Shown here: in pieces, positions 47,425-53,686 of the stretch
Position numbering within the stretch: the stretch's first letter is position 1
How the letters are laid out: each line of letters begins with the position of its first letter
NCBI GenBank assembly: GCA_043750095.1
Contig: JAYVCF010000246.1
Coordinates: forward strand, 1-53,686
Direction of reading: 5' to 3'
DNA length: 53,686 bases
DNA from: Deltaproteobacteria bacterium
GTDB lineage: Bacteria; Myxococcota_A; Polyangia; Polyangiales; Sandaracinaceae
Made by a program: the position numbers and the translations under genes
Notes under the pieces: generated by a model
Database searches by the model: none
Told to the model about the DNA's origin: nothing
The model's input: the letters and a program-made list of their open reading frames with translations, nothing else

Positions 47425-48807
47425 TCAGTTCCGGACGCCGGTCGAGCCCCTGACCTCGAGCACGTCCCAGTCGTTCGCGTCGCGCAGGCCGAGCCACGGA
47501 TCGCTCGCGGGCGTGAGGAAGAGCTCGGTGTAGATGCGCGCGTTGAGCGACACGAAGTCGTTCGCGACGTCGGCCGACGCGAGCCACGCGTGAAGACGAC
47601 GGTCGAGGGTGAAGCGGTTGCGCACTGCGTCCTCGCAGGTGCGCTCGTACGTCCCGGCGAGAAGCGCGGCATCGACGGGGTTGCCCGTCTTGAGTCGGCC
47701 GAGCGCGCGCGCCTCGTCGGTGATCGTCTCGACGTACGAAGCGGGCGACGCCGACGCCATGCGCGCGACCGCGTCCCACGCGACGAGGGAGGGCGCCAGA
47801 AACGCGGGCCGGGGATCCATGAGTCGCAGCATGGGCATCTCGATGCTCATCTTGCCGACGGTGATCGGCATCGCCATCGCGGCGTCGGGCGCGGCGACGG
47901 TCGGAGCATCCGCAGCGACGAGCGCGTCCCACGTCGGCACACGATCACCGAGCGCGCTCCACGCCGCTCGCGTCTCGTCGAGGAGGCGCTGGTGCTGCGT
48001 CGCCAGACAATCGCGATCGGCATACCGAGTCCCACACCGCTCGGCGATCGCGCGTGCGCTGCGGAGGCGCTCGGCAAAGTCGGTCGGCGTGTGAAGCCCC
48101 GCGATCGCATCGATGACGCGGCCCGACGCGTCGAGCACGTAGTGGATGCTGTTTCCCGTGATCGTCCGCTCGATCGTCCGACCGTCGCCCATGTCGATGG
48201 TGATGTGGGGCGCTGGGCGCTCGCTCGACCAATGGAGCACGTAGCCCGCGAGCACTTCGCGGACGGCCGGGCTCGGATAGAGAAGCCAGCGGAAGAAGCG
48301 GCTGTTCGCGCACGACGCTTCTTCATCGAGGCGACCGAGCAAGCGAAGCGAGAGGATCGGGCGCCCGCTGCGTGCCGCTTCCACGCGTGCGGTGTCGAGA
48401 TCCGTGTACCAGTAGAGCCCGCTCGCGAAGGCGTCGCGCTGCGCCGCCACGCGATCGATGGCCGCACGAAGTCGCACGAGCGTGGGATCTTCGCGGAGCC
48501 CGTCGATCGCGTCGCGATCACCCGAGAGCGGAGCGGTTCGAAGCCGCGCCACGGCGTCGGCATGCGCGTCGAGCAGCGCAGCGAGGCCCGCCGGACCGGC
48601 CGCTCGAAGCGCTTCGATCGCTGGGCTCGCGATCGCTTCGTCGGGATCGAGCGCCGACGCTGCGAGCCCGACGAGCGCGAGCGTCTCGCCTCCGTCGCTC
48701 GTGCCCGCCTCGCGCGTCGCGTCGCCGGAGAGATCGCTCGCCGACCCGCATGCGGCGAGCAGCGCGAGAGTCGCGGGGACCAGGGACTTCCATCGTGCGT
48801 CGATCAT
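47425..48807 (-). CDS. hypothetical lipoprotein
   Basis: Start trimmed to MIDARWKSLVPATLALLAAC. The central region is weakly thioredoxin-fold-like (GRPILSLRLLGRLDEEASCANSRFF). I recognise no firm family. Confidence 0.6.
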   Translation of the reverse strand: MIDARWKSLVPATLALLAACGSASDLSGDATREAGTSDGGETLALVGLAASALDPDEAIASPAIEALRAAGPAGLAALLDAHADAVARLRTAPLSGDRDAIDGLREDPTLVRLRAAIDRVAAQRDAFASGLYWYTDLDTARVEAARSGRPILSLRLLGRLDEEASCANSRFFRWLLYPSPAVREVLAGYVLHWSSERPAPHITIDMGDGRTIERTITGNSIHYVLDASGRVIDAIAGLHTPTDFAERLRSARAIAERCGTRYADRDCLATQHQRLLDETRAAWSALGDRVPTWDALVAADAPTVAAPDAAMAMPITVGKMSIEMPMLRLMDPRPAFLAPSLVAWDAVARMASASPASYVETITDEARALGRLKTGNPVDAALLAGTYERTCEDAVRNRFTLDRRLHAWLASADVANDFVSLNARIYTELFLTPASDPWLGLRDANDWDVLEVRGSTGVRN

Positions 48808-48973
48808 CGTGAGCCTCCATGCGACCCAGCCTGACGGCGCGACCACGCGGTGCTCGTAAGAGCTTCGTCAAACGCGTCTTTACCGAAGTCTTACGAGCGC
48901 GGGCGCGGCGTCCGGACCACGACGAGCCCATGCCGTTCCGATGCGATCCCCGGGCGGCACGAGTCGGGTGACG

Positions 48974-49708
48974 ATGGCACCCTTGCGCGAGTCGATGTCT
49001 GCCTCCTCGCTCGAACCGCTTCCGCGCGTGCTCCTCGTCGAGGACGAGCCGGCGATCCTCGATGGGCTCGAGAGCCTCTTCGCGATGAGTGGCTTCGTGC
49101 CCGCGCGCGCCGCCGACGGTGGGCTCGCCGATGCGTGGCTCGCGCGCGAGCGCTTCGACCTGGTCGTGCTCGATCTGATGCTGCCGACGTTACCCGGCCT
49201 CGAAGTCCTGCGGAGGCTGCGCGCGCGCGGCGACGACACGCCGGTGCTCGTGCTGACCGCCAAGGGCGCGGAAGAAGACGTGGTGCTCGGCCTCGAGTCG
49301 GGCGCAGACGACTACGTCACCAAGCCCTTCGCGATCCGCGAGCTGGTCGCGCGCAGCAGGGGCTTGTTGAGGCGCCCGCGCGCTCCGGGCTCGCAGAAGC
49401 GCGTGGCGATCGGCGCGGCGCTGCTCGATCTCGATCGGCACGAGCTCAGCCTCGGCTCGATCACGCTGCGCCTCACGCTCCGCGAGACGATGTTCCTCGC
49501 CTACCTCGCGGAGCGCGCGCCCAGCACCGCCAGCCGCGAGGAGCTCCTCGTCGACGTCTGGGGCTATCGCGACGGGACCATCCGCACGCGCACGATCGAC
49601 GTCCACGTCCAGCAGCTGCGCGCGAAGCTGCGCGCGATCCCCGACGGGCAGGCCTCGATCGCCACGGTGCGCGGCCTCGGGTACCGGCTCGAGCCGAGCG
49701 CGCGATGA
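48974..49708 (+). CDS. OmpR-family response regulator
   Basis: Receiver domain RVLLVEDEPAI, DLVVLDLMLP, KPF. Winged helix TMFLAYLAER, TIDVHVQQLRAKL, RGLGYR. The start is uncertain (ATG 48941, 48974 or 48995). Confidence 0.85.
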   Translation: MAPLRESMSASSLEPLPRVLLVEDEPAILDGLESLFAMSGFVPARAADGGLADAWLARERFDLVVLDLMLPTLPGLEVLRRLRARGDDTPVLVLTAKGAEEDVVLGLESGADDYVTKPFAIRELVARSRGLLRRPRAPGSQKRVAIGAALLDLDRHELSLGSITLRLTLRETMFLAYLAERAPSTASREELLVDVWGYRDGTIRTRTIDVHVQQLRAKLRAIPDGQASIATVRGLGYRLEPSAR

Positions 49709-51612
49709 GATCGTCGCGCGCGGCGATCGCGTCCGTGCTCGCGCTGGCGCTGCCGGTGCTCCTGCTCGCAGGGGGCTGGCTCTGGAGCTCGCTGCGCGAG
49801 CGCGATGCACGCCTCGCCGAAGAACGCGCACGACTCGTGTCGGGTCTCGATCGCGCACGCAGCGCCGTCGATGCGGGCCTGCGTGAGCTCGCGGCGCGCG
49901 AGGACGAGCGTCCTTTCTACGTCTACAGCCACTACTACTCGCCGCCCGACGTGCTCGCGCTGAACGATCCGGTGGCCATCTCGCCGCTCGCCGCGGAGAC
50001 GGGCGACCCGCGCATCGTGGGGCACTTCGAGCTCGATCCCGACGGAACCTTTCGCACTCCCTACTCCGTCGATCCCGGACCCGTGACCGAGCGCGCGGCC
50101 CGTGTGCTCGGCTCGCTCGACGACGACGCGCGCGCGGCCCTGCTTCGCGAGCTCGGCGGAGCGAGCGCGGGTGCGTTGATCACGAGCGCACCCGAGGTCG
50201 TCCAGCCCCTCACGCCGCGTCCGGTCCGCCGCGATGCGGGCGCGCCCGACGCAGGCGCGGTCATCGACAACCCGCTCGCGCAGGTCGGAAACTTCATCGC
50301 GACGGACATCACCCAGGCGCAGTCGGGGGACGTCGAAGCGTACGAGCGCGTTCAGTCTCGCGGCCGCGTGATCCCCCGCGTCGCGCGTCGTGACGTGTCG
50401 CTCGACACGATCGCCCCGCAGATCGCCCCGCAAGAGTCGGCGGCACTGCGCCCGTCACCTCGTCCCGTCGCGCCGCCCGCACCCGCGTTGCCTCCGCTCG
50501 TTCAGGGCGAGATCGAGGTCGACTACACGCCCATGGCGCTGCGTGTCTTCGGCGCAACGTGGGTCCTCGCGCGTGTCGTCTCGCACCAAGAGGAGCGCGT
50601 GCTCGATGGCGTGGTGCTCGATCGCGCGCGGATCACCGAGGGCTGGGTCCCCGAGACGATCGCACGCGCCGTCCAAGAGGACGCGCCGAGCGTGGTCTCG
50701 TCCGACGCGATGGCGAGCGAGTGCGCTGCGCGCGCGCCTGCGAGCGACCTCTTGCCCGACGTCGTGCTCTGCGCGCCGATCGCGCCGCTGACGCGCGCTC
50801 AGCACGCCCTCGACAGGGCCCTCTGGCTCGAGATCGCGATGCTCGTCGGGCTGCTCGCGCTCACCGCGCTCGCCGCCGCGCTGATGCTTCGCGCAGGGCA
50901 GCGGGCCGCCGAGCTCGCGCGTCAGCAGAGCGCGTTCGTCTCCGCGGTCAGCCACGAGCTGCGCACGCCGCTGACCACGCTGCGCATGCACGCCGAGATG
51001 CTCGACGAGGGGCTGGTGTCGGACGAGCGACGCGCAAAGGTCCACGCGGAGCTCGTGAGCGAGAGCGTGCGCCTCGCGCGCCTCGTCGAGAACGTGCTGG
51101 AGATCTCGCGCCTGGAAGAAGGGCGCCGACCGCTCCGCGCGAGCCGCGGCGATCTACGCACGCAGGTCGCGGCGGTGGTCGAGGCGCAGCGCTCGCATGC
51201 GCGCGGCAAAGGCTTCGAGCTCGAGGTGCGCTCGCCCGACGCGCCCGTGGAGCTCGTCTTCGACGCGGCGGCTGTGGAGCAGATCGTCACCAACGCGATC
51301 GACAACGCGCTCAAGTACGCTGCGAGCGCGACGGATCGCCGCATCGAGATCGCCCTCGTTCGCGCCGCACGCCGAGGCCGCCCCGGCGTCGAGCTACGCG
51401 TTCGCGATCACGGGCCCGGCATCGAGCTCGCCGAGCGCGAGCGCGTGTTCGAGCGCTTCCATCGCGTGGAACGACCCGAGACGGCGCATCAGCCGGGAAC
51501 GGGCCTCGGTCTCGCGTTGGTTCGTGAGCTCGCGCGCGCACACCATGGTGACGCGATCGTGCTCGCCGCCGATCCGGGTGCGCTGCTCGTCGTGTGGCTA
51601 CCGCTCGGTTGA
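49705..51612 (+). CDS. sensor histidine kinase with large periplasmic domain
   Basis: ATGA overlap with the regulator gene. Two TM helices flank a region of about 330 aa. H-box SHELRTPLTTL, N-box ALKYA, G-boxes DHGPGI and GTGLGLAL. Confidence 0.9.
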   Translation: MRSSRAAIASVLALALPVLLLAGGWLWSSLRERDARLAEERARLVSGLDRARSAVDAGLRELAAREDERPFYVYSHYYSPPDVLALNDPVAISPLAAETGDPRIVGHFELDPDGTFRTPYSVDPGPVTERAARVLGSLDDDARAALLRELGGASAGALITSAPEVVQPLTPRPVRRDAGAPDAGAVIDNPLAQVGNFIATDITQAQSGDVEAYERVQSRGRVIPRVARRDVSLDTIAPQIAPQESAALRPSPRPVAPPAPALPPLVQGEIEVDYTPMALRVFGATWVLARVVSHQEERVLDGVVLDRARITEGWVPETIARAVQEDAPSVVSSDAMASECAARAPASDLLPDVVLCAPIAPLTRAQHALDRALWLEIAMLVGLLALTALAAALMLRAGQRAAELARQQSAFVSAVSHELRTPLTTLRMHAEMLDEGLVSDERRAKVHAELVSESVRLARLVENVLEISRLEEGRRPLRASRGDLRTQVAAVVEAQRSHARGKGFELEVRSPDAPVELVFDAAAVEQIVTNAIDNALKYAASATDRRIEIALVRAARRGRPGVELRVRDHGPGIELAERERVFERFHRVERPETAHQPGTGLGLALVRELARAHHGDAIVLAADPGALLVVWLPLG

Positions 51613-51624
51613 CGAGCGCGGAGA

Positions 51625-53388
51625 TCAGGGGAGCTGGCCCGACGCGATCCAGGCCGAGAGCGTGGTCTGCTCGGCGGCCGTGAGGCAGTTCGCGTTGCCG
51701 GCGTCGTTGCTGGGGATGCCCGTGCAGCCGCCGCCCGAGGGCATCGAGCCGTTCAGGACACGCACGAGCGTGCAGTAGCCGATGGTGTGACCCGCGCAGG
51801 CACCCGAGGCGAGCTGGGACGCGGCGTAGCTCGACGCGAAGTTGGTCCCTCCGCTTCCGAACGTAGTGTGGCAAGGCGCGCAGTGCGCAGCGAAGATCGG
51901 CTGGACGTCGGCCGCGTAGTGCACGGTGGTGCAGCCCTCGTTCGTCATCGCGTCGCAGTCGTCGTCGCCGGCTGTCGTGCAGTCCTCGGCGCGCGGAATG
52001 ACGTCGCCGATGCAGGCGCCGTAGCCGGTGCCGAGCGAGTTGCACGTCTGTGTCCCGCTGCGGCAGAGGCCGACGCCGTTCGTGCCGACCGGCCCCGAGT
52101 AGCAGGACGCCGTGGACCCGGGCGCGCAGACGCAGCCGGTGCCGCTCTCGTTCGTCAGGCCATCGCAGTCGTCGTCGATCGGCGTCGTGCACGTCTCGGC
52201 AACGGGTGTGACCTCGCCCATGCACACGCCGAGCATCGTGCCGTCGGCGCTGCATGTCGCGCTCCCCGCATGGCACGCGCCGACGCCGTTCGTGCCCGCG
52301 GGGCCGTCGTAGCAGCTCTGCGTGCTGCGCGGCGTGCACACGCAGCCGGTGCCGCTCTCGTTCGTCATGCCGTCGCAGTCGTCGTCGATCGGCGTCGTGC
52401 ACGTCTCGGCCACCGGCGTGACTTCGCCGATGCACGCACCGAGCATCGTGCCGTCGGCGCTGCACGTCGCGCTGCCTCGGTGACACGCGCCGACACCCAC
52501 GGTGCCGACGGGGCCGTCGTAGCAGCTCTGCGTGGTGCTCGGCGCGCACACGCAGCCGACACCGCTCTCGTTCGTCATGCCGTCGCAGTCGTCGTCGATC
52601 GGTGTCGTGCACGTCTCGGCCACCGGCGTGACCTCGCCCATGCACGCGCCGAACGAGAGGCCGTCGGCCGCGCACGTATGCGTACCCATCTGACAAGGAC
52701 CGACGCCGACGGTGCCGGCCGGACCCGAGTAGCACGACGCCGACGCACCAGGCGCGCACGCGCAGCCTTCGTCGACGATGCCGTCGCAGTCGTCATCGGT
52801 GCTCGTCGCGCAGTTCTCGGCGAGCGGCGTGATCGCGCCGGTGCACGCTGCGAAGCTCACGCCATCGGCTGCGCAGAGATGCGTTCCCGGCGCGCACGCA
52901 CCGACGCCCGACGTGCCGGTGGGCCCCTCGTAGCAGGACGCGCCCGCGCCGGGGATGCAGAGACACCCCGCGTCCGTCTCGTTGACGGTTCCATCACAGT
53001 CGTCGTCCGCCGTGGTCGCGCAGTCCTCGGCGATCGGCGCGACGCTGCCGATGCAGGCGCCGAACGCGCTGCCGTCGGCCACACACGTCGCGATGCCCGG
53101 CATGCACGCGCCGATGCCGGACGTACCGCTCGGTCCGCCGTAGCAGCTCTGCGTCGCGCCGGGCGTGCAGACGCGCGCGTCGGCCCCTACGTCGGGCGCT
53201 GCGTCATCCGAGCTCGCGGCATCGACCGGGGCATCGACGCTCGTGTCCGCGTGTCCCCTGGCATCGATGCGACTCGCGTCGATGCTCGGCGCGGCATCGG
53301 TGATCGTGGCCGCGTCCGGACCGGCCATCGGAGCCCCGCAACCCGTGAGCGCCCCGAGCAGGAGAACCGCGATCCGGCGGACGTACAT
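51625..53388 (-). CDS. lipoprotein with six about 70-aa Cys-rich repeats (MopE/EGF-like DDDCDG motif) and a C-terminal CxxCH cytochrome-c-like (PSCyt1-like) domain
   Basis: Lipobox LGALTGC. Repeats have the form C.PG...SCY.GP.GT.GVG.C..G...C.ADG...G.C.G.V.P.AE.C.T..DDDCDG. The C-terminus is VQPIFAAHCAPCHTT...NGSMP...LTAAEQTTLSAWIASGQ. Confidence 0.8.
   Translation of the reverse strand: MYVRRIAVLLLGALTGCGAPMAGPDAATITDAAPSIDASRIDARGHADTSVDAPVDAASSDDAAPDVGADARVCTPGATQSCYGGPSGTSGIGACMPGIATCVADGSAFGACIGSVAPIAEDCATTADDDCDGTVNETDAGCLCIPGAGASCYEGPTGTSGVGACAPGTHLCAADGVSFAACTGAITPLAENCATSTDDDCDGIVDEGCACAPGASASCYSGPAGTVGVGPCQMGTHTCAADGLSFGACMGEVTPVAETCTTPIDDDCDGMTNESGVGCVCAPSTTQSCYDGPVGTVGVGACHRGSATCSADGTMLGACIGEVTPVAETCTTPIDDDCDGMTNESGTGCVCTPRSTQSCYDGPAGTNGVGACHAGSATCSADGTMLGVCMGEVTPVAETCTTPIDDDCDGLTNESGTGCVCAPGSTASCYSGPVGTNGVGLCRSGTQTCNSLGTGYGACIGDVIPRAEDCTTAGDDDCDAMTNEGCTTVHYAADVQPIFAAHCAPCHTTFGSGGTNFASSYAASQLASGACAGHTIGYCTLVRVLNGSMPSGGGCTGIPSNDAGNANCLTAAEQTTLSAWIASGQLP
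51931..53169 (-). repeat. about 210-nt coding tandem repeats (six Cys-rich modules); the central three are highly similar at DNA level
   Basis: The block GCCGCTCTCGTTCGTCA(G/T)GCC(A/G)TCGCAGTCGTCGTCGATCGG(C/T)GTCGTGCACGTCTCGGC recurs near 52141, 52351 and 52561. Confidence 0.8.
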
Positions 53389-53429
53389 GCGTCAGGTGTG
53401 ACCGCATTTCGGCTACAGTGCTCTGGCGA

Positions 53430-53686
53430 ATGGATCGCGACCTCACGGGCCGCTGCGGCACTTGCTCCTTCTTCATCGTCTTGCGCGAGCGCGAAGCTGT
53501 GGACGGCGTGGCCGGGGCGGAAGAGGGCGAGTGCATGCTCAAGTGCTGGCCGCCGCCGCTGAAAGACACGGCGACCTGCACGCACCACAAGCCGCGTGGT
53601 GCTTCGTTCGAGGACGCGCTCAAGCGCAAGGCCGTCGCGGGCATGCCACGTCGCATGCGCGAAGATCACGGCGACGACGACGATGT
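53430..53686 (+). CDS. hypothetical protein, N-terminal part (runs off window end)
   Basis: Not in the ORF track. My translation from ATG 53430 gives MDRDLTGRCGTCSFFIVLREREAVDGVAGAEEGECMLKCWPPPLKDTATCTHHKPRGASFEDALKRKAV... It has good GC3 bias and is open to the window end. Confidence 0.45.
   Translation, partial: MDRDLTGRCGTCSFFIVLREREAVDGVAGAEEGECMLKCWPPPLKDTATCTHHKPRGASFEDALKRKAVAGMPRRMREDHGDDDD

Overview
Very GC-rich bacterial chromosomal segment. Third codon positions are almost all G/C, and long spurious antisense ORFs occur throughout. The gene content looks myxobacterial: FHA and Ser/Thr-kinase signalling, PEGA domains, Cys-rich repeat lipoproteins. I support 45 protein-coding genes and found no rRNA, tRNA, CRISPR array, transposase or integrase.

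Layout:
- 1-5.1 kb, minus strand: a translationally coupled housekeeping operon (hypothetical, membrane-anchored TAXI-like binding protein, RlmI-like methyltransferase, rsmE, ihfB-like, tyrS).
- 5.2-13.4 kb: ychF, an OmpR-type regulator with a hybrid PAS histidine kinase, a penicillin-acylase-family lipoprotein, an atypical DksA-like protein and maf.
- 13.6-27.0 kb, minus strand: one long Tad/Flp-type (type IVc) pilus locus with unusual composition. It has two Flp pilins, a prepilin peptidase, a TadE-like protein, CpaB, a secretin, an FHA-fused CpaF ATPase, TadB, TadC, an FHA membrane protein, a TPR lipoprotein, a second FHA-less CpaF paralogue, another FHA membrane protein and a lipoprotein. 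No CpaE/TadZ is present.
- 27-31.3 kb: an APC permease, a cytochrome P450 and an orphan GHKL-ATPase/zincin fusion protein.
- 31.5-53.7 kb: a PEGA-domain Ser/Thr kinase, an SDR with a zinc-ribbon extension, Cys-rich lipoproteins, class I fumarase, a hydrolase-MerR operon, trpS, a beta-oxidation operon (FadN-type enzyme, thiolase, esterase), a second two-component pair, and a six-repeat Cys-rich lipoprotein ending in a CxxCH domain.

Non-coding structure not explained by the genes:
- A 73-nt perfectly nested four-way-junction (cloverleaf) repeat in three copies.
- Two families of stop-codon-adjacent 'T-tract plus double hairpin' elements.
- Two strong sigma-54-type promoter matches, one directly at a pilin gene.
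- Several operator-like palindromes.

All functional calls come from reading motifs in the translations. No database search was possible.
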